The position numbers and the translations under genes were made by a program. From assembly GCF_009914755.1 (NCBI RefSeq), contig NC_060937.1: a stretch of 64,000 nt of DNA; one strand, given 5' to 3'. Position 1 is the first letter of the stretch. Each line of letters opens with the position of its first letter. A model generated the notes under the pieces. It was not told the DNA's origin. It made no database searches and worked only from the letters and a program-made list of their open reading frames with translations. Origin of the DNA: the human T2T-CHM13v2.0 reference genome, Homo sapiens. Below are positions 1 through 12,428 of this stretch, piece by piece.

Positions 1-54
1 TTTCAATGTGCTTATTATGAAAGACAGCCTGGGCTAACTCTCCCAATATCAGCA

Positions 55-124
55 TTCCTTTTTCTTTTCTCTTTCCTTCTTTCCTTCCTCTCTTCCCTCT
101 TTCTATTTCTCTGTCTTTCTTTTT
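55..124. repeat. CT-rich low-complexity tract
   Basis: Near-pure pyrimidine run (ttcctttttcttttctctttccttct...). Confidence 0.7.
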
Positions 125-829
125 ACTGGATCCATGATTCAGTACTTTTTTAAAAAATCTGGAAACAAACTATACTGGCAGTTTTTACGTTTATCACATT
201 GTATTAAATACCTAGTGTTCATCATAATTGGCTGGGCTATGAGAGCCTTGTAAATATCTAATAAATAAAAACAACATATTCTTCCAGGTGATCCTGTTGA
301 AAAACAAGACAAACATTTGACCTATCTCTTAAATTAACATCCTTTTCCTTAAACTACTTAAAATATTGACTATAAAGACATAGGACCCAATTGTGCTCCT
401 TAACAGTAAATCTTCTCGTCTTTTCTACCTTTCAACTTTTAGACTTTAAGGCATTTAAAAGGCACAGATCCAGAAAGGCAAAACCACAGAGACCAAGCAG
501 CAAAGTGAAAGGAAGATAAGAAGATATTTATTTTCTATCAGCATTCATAACTTTGTATTATTCAACCTAATTTCATTTTTCCGCATGTGTGAAGTGAATT
601 GTTTATAATGAGAAAAGGGAGAGAACACTAAATTTCATGGGATGAAAGACTCTTTTAAAGATAAACCAAAGGGCAATTGAGAAGTATGGTCCCAAAGAAT
701 AATAATAGAATCTTGCCTTTTAAACTTTATTTTATTTCAGTGACTCCATGGCCTGGTGCATGATGCAGTCACCTGAGAACATGAAGTACTGGTGGGCTTT
801 CATCTGGAAACTTTAAATATAATGCCTGG

Positions 830-860
830 TTCTCTCTTCTCTCTCTCTCTCTCTGTCTCT
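830..860. repeat. (CT)n microsatellite
   Basis: tctctcttctctctctctctctctgtctct. Confidence 0.8.
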
Positions 861-1031
861 GGCTTTCAGTATATAGACACAGCTATGGAAAATCCAAATT
901 TATTGTTCACTGCCAGTAATAGGAACAGAAGGGAAAAATAAATGTTAGGTTGATATAGTTACTAATATTTGCAAAATAAAACAAATTTAAACAAATATAA
1001 GGTAAATAAAGGATATTTCTCCATGATACAG

Positions 1032-1710
1032 TATTCAATTCAATTTGAAAAATATTTACTCAGTGCTTTCAGGAGGCCAAGCTCTGTTTTAGGCATCGGA
1101 GGAAATATAATGATACAGTCTTTATGCTCAGGCTGATGATGGTTTGATGGTGGCAAGGAAAAAATTCAATATGAAAGTGATTATCATATAGAACAGAATG
1201 TAGTAAGAGCCTAAGGAGGGATATACCCACAGCACCAAGACATGTTTGATGGAGAAGAGATTACATCTCGTTGTGAGAGCAGGAGGATAGGGTGATTGTG
1301 GTCAGGAAGGAAGTAAAATTTGAAATGGAAATTGACTGGGGGAGAAATGGGAGATAAGTTTCTGGTGGATATAAAGTTGCAAGTCATTGAAAAGGATCAC
1401 TGAGAAAGATCTGGCCCTGCTGGAGAGTATGGTGTGTGTAGGCAATGAAAGGAGATCAGGCTAGAAAGTGAGGTTGGGGCTAAACTTCTGAAGGGCTTTG
1501 AATGCCAGAATGCATCTTTTCTACCTAATGTGGCTGGCTGCAAGAAACCATTTAAGATCTGAGTACAATAATCAGATTAATTTGGCATCCATTTGAAAAG
1601 TGCTGTGGATCAGAAGGAATTTGTGAGTAAGAGCAAGAAAGACTTGGAAGCAATTTAGAATCCATGTGAGAGGTGATAAGACTCTAAAGAAGATTGGTGG
1701 CAGTAACGGT
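1032..1710 (-). mobile_element. L2 LINE 3' fragment
   Basis: Starts attcaattcaatttgaaaaatatttactcagtgc (reverse complement of L2 3' tail); internal L2-like gaagggctttgaatgccag. Confidence 0.7.
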
Positions 1711-2514
1711 GGATCTGAGGAGAGCCGAGAGCATCGTTGTGTTATAGCCGGCTTCTGTCTTTCAAAGAGGCTTGGCTAGACCAAATCAATCAGCTCCCCG
1801 CTACTTCTGGACTTAGATGTGTCTCACTTTCCTTCCTAAGTCCTGGGCTTTCTAGGCTTGCCCAGGAAACAGGAACAGAGGGATAGCATGTGCAAAGGTT
1901 GCTCTCTAGTTGATGGCAAATTTTCTTTCCACTTGAGTATCACAAAAGCAACATTTAAAAATGTTATTTATCACTCTATAAACCACAAAGTGATGGAAGA
2001 AAGAGTGAGCTGAAACAAGCTCCAAAAATGCACTTATACTGATTTACCCAGCCCTTGCTCAAGACACTGTTTTCCAGTTCATGCACTTGAGCAGCTCCCT
2101 CTCACTGCACAGGTGCCTGTTTACCAATGTTCAGTTACCTTGGGAAGGGTGTTGGGAGGGAGGCATGGGAGGATAGGTATTGCGTCTTTACTCAAGACAG
2201 CCAGGAAAGATTGGAGCCAGAAGACAAATACAAAGCCTGCCTACTTAAAAGAGGGAAAGTCTAAAGTCAGGAGTCAGCTTATGATGAGAACAATGTTGAT
2301 GAAAAATGACCGAATAAGATAAAAATGCCTAAGATTGGTATACTTGGAACATGGTCCTATTGGGTAGTGGGCCCAATAATAATAGGTAATATTTATTTAA
2401 TATTCATTATATGAGTGAAGTTGCAGATATTGTAACCTGCATTTTTTCCCTCTCTCCGATGGTGATATTGAATCTGAGAATGGCTTGCCTCAGTTCTGTG
2501 AGGTTTCAGTGTAT

Positions 2515-2662
2515 TCACATTCAGTTCTTCCACCAGCTTTATGAGGTGGGGTCTATTTTATCTGCACTTCATAGGTGAAACTTCAGGAGGTAAACTTCAG
2601 AAGGAGGTGAAGTGACTTGTTCGAGATCACATAGCCTGGAAGTGGTGAAGTTAGAATTTAGC
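2515..2662 (-). mobile_element. MIR SINE fragment
   Basis: MIR core in reverse: tatgaggtggg...gaggtgaagtgacttgttcgagatcacatagc. Confidence 0.65.
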
Positions 2663-2887
2663 TTAAAGAGAAAAATAGGAAAAGAAAAATTGAAGGTAAG
2701 TAGCCTAGGAAAGTTAAAAAGTACTAAGTCCAGTGTTTCAACAGTAAAGACATAGAAATTTAGGTAAAAATTACACATGGATATCATCTAGGACCCACTA
2801 GAGCAACCTAAATAAATGGTACTTAGATTAGGTACTTACAACATTAAGATTTGGTCTTCCAAACAGATTTTTTAAAAATTAAAAAAT

Positions 2888-3032
2888 TATATTTATTTAT
2901 TTATTTATTTATTTTTTCCAGGCAGGGTCTTGCTATGATGCCCACACTGGTCTCAAACTTCTGGCCTGAAGCAATCCTCCCAGCTTAGCCTTCCAAAGCA
3001 TTGGGATTACAGGTTCGAGCCACCGCATCCAG
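2888..3032 (-). mobile_element. Alu monomer (FLAM_C-like)
   Basis: (TTTA)n tail followed by single left-arm-type monomer cagggtcttgctatg...gagccaccgcatccag. Confidence 0.85.
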
Positions 3033-4501
3033 TTTTTATTTTTTATATTTTACAAACTGTATCCACAACAATGTTAACACTGGAGTAGGAAGTCTTTGGT
3101 GTAAATTTATTTGGCCTTGTTACTTTGTTGGCCTTGTTACTTTGGTTGAAATCATACACAGACACAGACTATAAAGATGTATTTTTCATTTTCCCATTCC
3201 CACTCTGCTAGACTTTGCCTGCAGTTCTGTGATGGGAACAAATGCATTTGTCTTTACAATAAATGGGCTCCCAGCGACTGGGCGTTTGTCTGGAAGGACA
3301 TTCCAGATCTTGGGCACATCAAGTGTGGAGGCCTTTTGCATCTGTCTGAGTCAACAGTCAACCCTGTGAGGGCAAAGTACTCATTAAAGAAATGGATGCT
3401 CAATAGAGTGTTAGCCTGGTGACAAAACACACCTGGGGAGCCATGTGCTGAGCATGGGGATCAGCTGCGTCTCCAGGATGTGCTGTCATCCTCTGTCCCT
3501 TGTGTTCTTGGTTTTGGGATCCTTTTCAGTATGTGCACCATATGAAATTGGTACTTGAGTTGAAAACTATTTATTGGCCTAGTTATAAACATAATTTCTT
3601 GGTCTAAGGGCATATCACTTATAATTACCGTGATCTAAAGATTTTTCCCACTCTGTATTTATACCTAGAAGTGCATTTCATTCCCATTTGTTTGAGGAAT
3701 GAATATTCATTTTTAGGTATACTAAGATCTCTGCTTTTCTTCTTCAGGTTGACCTATTTTGACTCTTCTCTGCTTATTAGCACTTTATAAGCATAGGTAG
3801 AAGAAATAGAAGGAAATAAAACACATTATTTAAGTGTGGTAGACATTGCAGTAAAGAGAAAAGGGAAGGTTTCTGGAAGATAGGAGACAGTTACTGGCTC
3901 ATTAATTTCAATTATGTTGTTACTTATTAGCACAAATAATTAACTGTACATAGGAATTTAACAAGAGACCTAAAGATATTCGATGAGTGGCTATAAGGCT
4001 TACATTTATGTGTGTGCAAAATATTCATTTTAAATAATAATAATACGTAGAAAGTTGTGTCTGTGGCCAGCAATTAGCATTTGTTTTCAGTTAAAATTTT
4101 AATTGTTTCAATAGCTGAGTGGATGTATCTTGAAGTAGGAAACTAATGACATAAACTACTATCTTATTGAATATGCAGGGCAATAATAATCTCATTGAAC
4201 CTGTAGTGTGAGTGAGATTCAATTTCACCAAGGCCAAAGTGGTAGACAAGGTATATCAAAAGTATGGGAAGAAGATAATTAAGCAGAAACACTCAACCTG
4301 ACATGTCATTGTTTTTATATGTTTTATAGCAACAAAGTATCAGATGAAAGAGGCAAGTTACTTATCACCATGTAGGGACAGAACAAATTTGGGTTATGTG
4401 ATCTGCAAGAGTATAGTTGTAGTGACTCAAGAAGCAGCAAGGTAAGAGCTATTAGCTGATAAATAGTTTTTTTAGAATTCTTTTGTTTTGATTTAAAGGA
4501 G

Positions 4502-4610
4502 AACATTTATTGACCACCCACTGTGCCAGACAGTACTCTACAGTCATTTTTCATTTGCTAACTTACTTGATTCTTCTAATAACCTTGTGATTACTGACAA
4601 ATGAGAAGAT
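4502..4610 (-). mobile_element. MIR fragment
   Basis: aacatttattgaccacccactgtgccagacagtactct...aataaccttgtga. Confidence 0.5.
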
Positions 4611-4977
4611 TTATTTTTGTTAACATTCATTACTAATAGTAGATGTGGTCAGTATCGATCACTTGTTGGAATGTTTATCATAAAATGCAGATATAGGTTT
4701 GGAGAGGACTGAATAAAGAACCAAGAAAGGCTGAACCAAAATGATTTTGGGATGCTGACATCACATATTACATCCTGAAAGAATTTTGAATCACTTATGT
4801 TAGTGCAGTACAGCAAGACAGCTAGTTAGAACTCTGCAAAGTGTTAGTGGTGGCCATGAGTTCAGTTTTTTTTTTTTTTTTTTGTAGAATCATTAGCAAC
4901 TCTATTTCAAGCTTGTAGACTATAACCCTAGCAATCTATCTTGTAAATATATATTCTTAGCAACTAGAAAAACCAGG

Positions 4978-5500
4978 TGTGGTGATTTAAAATTCTGTCC
5001 ACACTCTTTTCTTTAAAAGGTAGAGAGTAATTCTATTCCCTTCGAATGTGAGCCACATTTAGTGACTTGTTTCTAATGAACAGGATGAGGCAAAAATGAT
5101 GGTGTGTGACTCTGAAGGTCATAAAAGGCATTGCATCTTCCTTGTTGCCCTCTCGTGGAACACTCATTCTGGAGGACATGTAAGCAGCCCTATGGAGAGA
5201 TACATGTGGTGAGGAACTGAGGCCTTCTGCTAAGAGTTAGTGAGAAACCAAGGCTTCTGGCAATAGCTGTGAGTGCGCCATTTTGGAAGCAGATGGCCCA
5301 GCCCCCGTTGAGCTTTCAGAAGGTTACATCTCTGCCTGTTATCTTGACTGCAACCTCTGGAGAGACCTTGAGCCATAACTACCCAGCTAAGCAGCTTCTG
5401 CATGTCTTACTCATGCAAACCATGAGATAATAAGTGTTTCTTGATTTAAGCCACTAAGTGTTGACTAATTGGTTATACAACAATAGATAATTAATATACA
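4978..5500 (+). mobile_element. MLT1F-like MaLR solo LTR
   Basis: TG start (tgtggtg), MLT1F motifs gtggtgaggaactgaggcc and gccattttggaagcagat, end caatagataattaatataca. Confidence 0.8.
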
Positions 5501-6299
5501 AAGAGAGAGAACATATGTGTCAGCACAAATTAACCTATATTATTGGAATAAAACAAGTTCGTTGCCCAAAGAAAATAGAGCCTCAAGTGAAGCTTGTGTG
5601 CTTATGCTTTACTGGAGAATATAATTGGAGGGAAGCAATAATGAGGGGAAAATAAAGCGAGGCAAGGAAGACAGGAAACAATTCAAAGTGGTGCCTAATA
5701 GAGCAGGCTACAGCTTTGCAAGATGACATAGTTGGTTGCTCAGTTACTGGGGCTGTATCTAGAGAGTTGGAGACGTGACATGGAATCACTGTGTCTTGCA
5801 GCAGTCAAGTAGGAAGGAAGGAAGAATAATTGATCTCCTGGCTTCTTCCTGTCTATCAAAGGTCACATTACTTTCCATGAGGCATCAACTCCTCATCCTT
5901 CTTAGCAGTATTAACTTGTCACTCTGGACATCTTGTTGAATAGCTAGACCCTGGGTGGGTCCAGTCACATTGGATCTGGGCATTGAGATGGTTGTATTTC
6001 CTGCAGGAAAGAGTGAGATAAAAGCCAAGACAAAGCCTGACTCTTATCCTCTAGGGAGACTGAGAAAAGTGATGGTGTTATGAGATGCAGAGAAATGATT
6101 GCAGAAGCTTCTGTCTTTACTGCAGCCATTGTGGCCAGAAGATGAAGCAAGTGGCTGGGACCCAGGGGGCAGATGGGGCCTGGTGGATCTGGGGTGATGA
6201 TAAAGTGGTCTGGCATCCAATTCAAGGCACATGATATAAATGTATGAGGACTATTCTGCTGTCAGGAAACATAAGAACATCCTTGTGGAGGCAGAATCT

Positions 6300-6547
6300 T
6301 GTGGTGGGCAGGAGTTCCAGCTCTGGAATTTGAATCCCAGCTCCTGAATTTACTAGCTAGGTGACCTTGGGCAAGTTTCATATGCTTTATGGGCATCGGT
6401 TATCTCATCTTTATAGTAGAGAAAATAATAGCACCTACCACCCAAGGTTGTTGGGAAATTTAAATGAGTTAATAGATCCACAATACTTGCAACAGTGTCT
6501 GGCACAGACTAAGTGCCAGATAAACATAAGTTATTGCTGATATTACT
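6300..6547 (+). mobile_element. MIR SINE
   Basis: tttgaatcccagctc...gtgaccttgggcaagtt...aacagtgtctggcacag. Confidence 0.85.
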
Positions 6548-7164
6548 GCCTACTAGGAGCTTATGTACATGATGAACTGATAGACAAAGGCATAAAACAC
6601 AGAACTAATACGTGAGCAGACAAAAACTCTCAAAGTGAGTATGGGTCAAAACTGGATTAAAAATTTTGCATGTAAAAGGCAAGGTAGCTGTGTAATTGGG
6701 GTGGCAAATTAACCGTTGAGTGTTTCTGTTAACTTGTATTTGGGCATGGAAAAGTGGTGGGTCTTTTGATGATTTCTGTGTTGATGAAGGCTGATAAGTG
6801 AGAGTATGAGAATAACAAAACATTTATTAAGTACCATTTATGTGTTACCTCATTTTTTGGATATGTTTTACCACTTATGTTATCTGATTTTCCTAGGCCT
6901 GCGAAGGGAGGAAGCTTACATCTTTCCCTTTCTCTTAATAATTTAGTTGGATTTGGGATACCAAAGATAAAAAATCAAGTCAAGAAATAAATAGGAATCA
7001 GGGTAGATTTACCTGACTTGGCTTAAATTACATAGTTCTACACCTGAATTGAAGGGAACAGAGAAAATAATGGGGGAAACAAGGTTCATGAAAAATAAAA
7101 TTGAGGTAGCCTGCCAGTACACATCTGGGAGACTGGAGGCCAGAGTTGGGAGAGAAGAAGAAAG

Positions 7165-7280
7165 CACATATTCCACAAACATTTTATGCCAATGTTCATT
7201 ATATGCCAGGCATTTTGCTAAATACAGGTTTCATAAATATGAAAGACAAAAGTTCTTGACCTCAAAGTGTTTTAGCAGGG
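7165..7280 (-). mobile_element. L2 3' end fragment
   Basis: cacaaacatttt...tatatgccaggcattttgctaaatac. Confidence 0.55.
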
Positions 7281-7379
7281 TGTTGTAGATTAATTTTAAA
7301 AAGCTATAATTCATATGATACATTGTATATTAAATGTATGTAGAAATATATAGAGATTTTCAACTATGAAAGAAATAGG

Positions 7380-7690
7380 GGCCAGGGACAGTGGTTCACG
7401 CCTGTAATCCCAACACTTTGGGAGGCCAAGGCAGGTGGATCACTTGAGGTCAGGAGTTTGAGGCCAAGCAACATAGCAAAACCCCATCTCTACCAAAACC
7501 ACAAAAAAAATTAGCTGGGCATGGTGGCACATGCCTGTAATCTGAGTTACTTAGGAGGCTGAGGTGGGAGAATCCCTTGAACTTGGGAGACAGAGGTTGC
7601 AGTTAGCCAAGATTGGGCCACTGCACTCCAGCCTGGGTGACAGAACAAGACTCTGTCCCTCCCCCTCCCCCAAAAAAAGAAAAAAAAAGA
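7380..7690 (+). mobile_element. Alu (old S/J type), full length
   Basis: Dimeric Alu with A-tail; degenerate TSD gaa(a/g)gaaatagg on both sides. Confidence 0.95.
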
Positions 7691-7719
7691 GAAGGAAATA
7701 GGTAATATAGGACTCATTT

Positions 7720-7970
7720 TTCTATGCAATCAACTGCAATGTTGGCTGATATATAGGAAATAACTTTTCAGATATTTGGCAATAGGCAGCACAGTCTTCT
7801 AATGCCTAAGAAAAGGGAAACTAACAATGTGAGTCCTATAGTTGCCTCAGATTTCTCCCTGAAAACACTTTTTGGACCATGATATGAGGAGAGGGAACAC
7901 AAGCAGAGCATAGTGGTTGCACTAAGCTGAGAACACAGAGAAGGAGGAGGCTGGAATTTGCAGGGCAGAG
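7720..7970 (+). mobile_element. Old L1M (L1MC/MD-type) 5' UTR fragment
   Basis: Resembles recalled L1M 5' end: aagggaaactaacaatgtgagtcctatagttgcc...ggaatttgcagggcagagta. Confidence 0.6.
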
Positions 7971-8083
7971 TACTCAGGAGGCTGAGGCAAGAGAATTGCT
8001 TGAGCTCAGGAGGTTGAGGTGCAGTGAGCTATGATCACACCATTTCACTCTAGCCTGGACAACAGAGTAAGACTCTATCTCAA

Positions 8084-8123
<40 letters not shown>
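7971..8123 (+). mobile_element. 5'-truncated AluJ right arm with tail replaced by (CA)n
   Basis: tactcaggaggctgagg...gactctatctcaa then about 19 CA units; cagagta at 7966-7972 and 8124-8130. Confidence 0.9.
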
Positions 8124-8130
<7 letters not shown>

Positions 8131-8517
8131 GCAAATTGAATTAAGTGATATATAGAAACCATATTATATTAACCATTATGTTAATATAATGATTACATTG
8201 TTGGTTTATTTCCAAACAATAAACCAACTTTGCATTCCAGAGATAAACTCTTGCTATAAAAGAAAAACTTATTAACTCGTACTCTAAAAGGAAACTCATG
8301 TCATCTTGATAGCTGAGGAAAAGAATTTCACAAAATACAACATCCACTCATGGTAAAAACTCTCAGTAAACTAGGAGTGGAAGAAAATTTCCTCAACCTG
8401 GTAAAGGGTGTCTATAAAAGAAACCTACTTCAGTCATGCCTACTGACGTTAGGCACCTAAGACAGAAATAAGACAAAGCTAGTCAGCTTCATCACCTAAA
8501 TTCAATATTGTACCTGA

Positions 8518-9066
<549 letters not shown>

Positions 9067-9277
9067 TGACACATAAGAGAACAAAGTTAAAAGTGACCAC
9101 TGATTTCTCATAAGAGACAATGCAAACCAGAATTACAGTCTTAATACCTTAGTGAACATAAATTCAAAAATTCTTAGCAAAAGACTAGTAAATTAGAAAT
9201 AACCATTGAAAAACATAAAGTCTTTTCTATAGCATATAAAAATGTAAAATACTTAAAAATAAATTAGACAAAACATG

Positions 9278-9640
9278 CACTCTGGTTTGAATAATTTGTC
9301 TCCCCAAAATTTGTATGTTGAAATCCTAGCCCCCATGGTGATGGTATGAGGAGGCTGGGCCTTTGGGAAGTAGTGAGTTCATGAGGGTGAAGCCCTCATG
9401 AATGAGATTAGTGCCCTTATAAAGGAAGCTTGAAGGAGCTCAGCTACCCCTTCCACTGTGTGAGGATAGAGCTAGAAGGTGCCATCTATGAACCAGAAAG
9501 CCGGCCTTCACCCGACACTCAGTCTGCTGGCATCTTAATCTTGGACCTTTCAGCCTCCAGAACTGTGAGAAATGTTTCTGCTGTTTGCAAGTGACCCAGT
9601 CTGTGGTGTTTTCTTCTAACAGCCAGAATGAACTAAAACG
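9278..9640 (+). mobile_element. MLT1A0-like MaLR solo LTR
   Basis: ggtttgaat...gccctcatgaatgagattagtgcccttataaag...cagcctccagaactgtgagaaat. Confidence 0.88.
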
Positions 9641-9865
9641 GTGTGTGAAATCTGTGTACAGAAATCTACAAAAAATAAACAGAGAGAAGTTAAAGATGAT
9701 ATAAATAAATGGGAATTTATTTAGATTTTAGGACTTGATCTTAAGATATGAATTTTCCCCATTGACCTATGGATTCTACGCAATCCCAATCAAAATCCTA
9801 GAAAGGAATTTTTTTTGGTAGAAATTTACAAAGTGATTCTAAAATTTCAATGGAAATGCAAAGAA

Positions 9866-10059
9866 CTTTATTGTACAATATGGTAACCACTAGCCACATG
9901 TAACTATTTAAAGTCAAATTGAAATTAAGTAAAATTAAAAATTTAGTTTCTCAGTTATAAAATCCAAATTTTTCATGCTCTTAGGTACATGTGGCTTGTG
10001 GATATTGTATTGGACAGCACAAATATAGAACATGACAAAAATTTATATTGGATGGTGGT
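9866..10059 (-). mobile_element. MER3 (hAT-Charlie MITE)
   Basis: caatatggtaaccactagccacatgt...gtattggacagcacaaatatagaacat matches MER3 reverse complement. Confidence 0.8.
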
Positions 10060-10127
10060 AAAGAACAGCTTAAAGTTTTTGAAAAAACAGAATGAAGGGG
10101 AATCTCTTATACTGCTTGATTTCAAAG

Positions 10128-12428
10128 TATATTAGTCCATTTTCACACTGCTGATAAAGACATACCTGAGCCTTCTAATAAAGATATAACTGAGCCTCTC
10201 AAAAAAGAGGTTTAATGTGGACTTACGGTTCCAAGTGTCTGGGGAAGCCTCAACTGTGGCACAAAGCAAGGAGGAGCAAGTCACGTCTTACATGGATGGC
10301 AGCAGGCAAAGAAAAAGAGCTTGTGCAGGGAAATACCCTTTATGATACCATCAGATATCGTGAGACCCACCCACCACCATGAGAACACCAAGAGAAAGAC
10401 CTGCCCCCATGACCCAGTTACCTCCCACTGAGTTCCTCCCACAGCATGTGGGAATTCAAGATGAGATTTGGGTGGGGACACAGCTAAACCATAACTTTCC
10501 ACCCCTGACCCTTCCCAAATCTCATGTCCTCACATTTCAAAACCAATCATGGCTCCCCAACAGTCCCCCAAAGTCTTAACTCGTTTCAGCATTAACTCAA
10601 AAGTCCAAGTACAGTCTAAGGCAAGCCTCTTCCACCTATAAGCCTGTAAAACCAAAAGCAGGTTAGTTACTTCTTAGATACAATGGGGGTACAGGCATTG
10701 GGCAAATACAGCTGTTCCAAATGGGAGACATTGGCCAAAACAAAGGGGTTACAGGCCCCATGCAAGTCTGAAATCCAGTGAGGCAGACATATCTTAAAGC
10801 TCCAAAATGATCTCCTTTGGCTCCATGTCTCACATCCAGGTCATGCTGATGCAAGAGGTGGATATGCATGGTCTTGGGCAGCTCTGCCCCTATAGCTTTG
10901 CAGGGTACAGCCTCCCTCCCAGCTGCTTTCACAGGCTGGCGTTGAGTGTCTGGGGCTTTTCCAGGCACATGGTGCAAGCTGTCAGTGGATCTACCATACT
11001 GGGGTCTGGAGGATAGAGGTCCTCATCTCACAGCTCCACTAGATGATGTCCCAGTGGGGAGTCTGTGGGGGGCTCTGAACCCACACTTGCCTTCCTCAAT
11101 GCCTTAGCTGAGGTTCTCCATGAGGGCCCCTCCCCTGCATCAAACATCTGCCTGGACATCCAGGCATTTCCATACATCTTCTGAAATCTTAGGTGGAGTT
11201 TCCCAAACCCCAATTCTTGACTTCTGTGCACTGGCAGGCTCAACACCATGTGAAATTTGCCAAGACCTGAGGCTTGCAACTGCTGAAGCCATGTCCTGAG
11301 CTCTACGTTGGCCCCTTTCAGCCATGCTGGAGTGGCTGGGATGCAGGGCACAAGTCCCTAGGCTGCACACAGCATAGGGACCCTGGGCCCAGCCCATGAA
11401 ACTATTTTTCCTCCTAGGTCTCTGGGCCTGTGATGGGGGAGGGCTACCTTGAAGACCTCTGACATGCCTTGGAAACATTTTTCCCATTGCCTTGGGGATT
11501 AACATTCAGCTCCTTGTAACTTAGGTGAATTTCTTCAGTCAGCTTGAATTTCTCCTCAAAAAATGGGATTTTATTTTCTACCACATTGTCAAGCTGCAAA
11601 TTATCCAAACTTTAATGCTCTGCTTCCCTTATAAAACTGAATGGTTTTAACAGCACCCAAGTCACATCTTGAATGCTTTTTGCTTAGAAATTTCTTCTGC
11701 CAGATACACTAAATCATCTCTCATAAATTCAAAGTTCCACAGATCTCTAGGGCAGGGGCAAAATGCCACTCATATTTTTGCTAAAATATAACAAGAATCA
11801 CCTTTGATTCAGTTCCCAAAAAGTTCCTCATCTCCATCTGAGACAACTTCAGCCTGGATTTCATTGTCCATATCATTATCAGCATTTTGGTCAAAGCCAT
11901 TCAACAAGTCTCTAGGGAGTTCCAAACTTTCCTACATTTTCCTGTCTTCTTCTGAGCCATCCAAAATGTTCCAACCTCTGCCTGTTACCCAGCTTCAAAG
12001 TCACTTCCACATTTTTGGGTATTGTTTCAGCAACACCCCACTCCTGGTACCAATTTACTGTATTAGTCTGTTTTCACACTGCTGATAAAGACATACCTGA
12101 GACTGGGCAATTTACAAAAAAGTGGTTTAATATGGACTTACAGTTCCAAGTGTCTGGGGAAGCCTCAAAATCATGGCAGAAGGCAAGGAGGAGCAAGTCA
12201 TGTCTTACACGGATGGCAGCAGTCAAAGAAAAAGAGCTTGTGCTGGGAAACTCCCCCTCATAATACCATCAGATCTCATGTAACTCACCCACCACCATGA
12301 GAACATCATGGGAAAGACCTGCTTCCATGATCCAGTTACCTCCCACTGAGTCCCTCCCACAACACATGGGAATTCAAGATGATACTTGGGTGGGGACACA
12401 GCCAAGATGAGATTTGGGTGGGGACACA
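10128..12428 (-). mobile_element. Full-length THE1A MaLR provirus (3' LTR 10128-10496, internal 10497-12058, 5' LTR 12059-12428)
   Basis: Two similar LTRs flank about 1.56 kb of THE1-int; int/LTR junction ctggtaccaatttac|tgtattag; THE1A-type gggaattcaagatgagatttgggtggggacacag. Confidence 0.95.

Noticed and set aside
5700-6240. Possible ancient LTR remnant
   Set aside because: Could not assign termini or family with confidence
10663-11505. Minus-strand ORFs in THE1-int
   Set aside because: Broken remnants of the MaLR internal ORF
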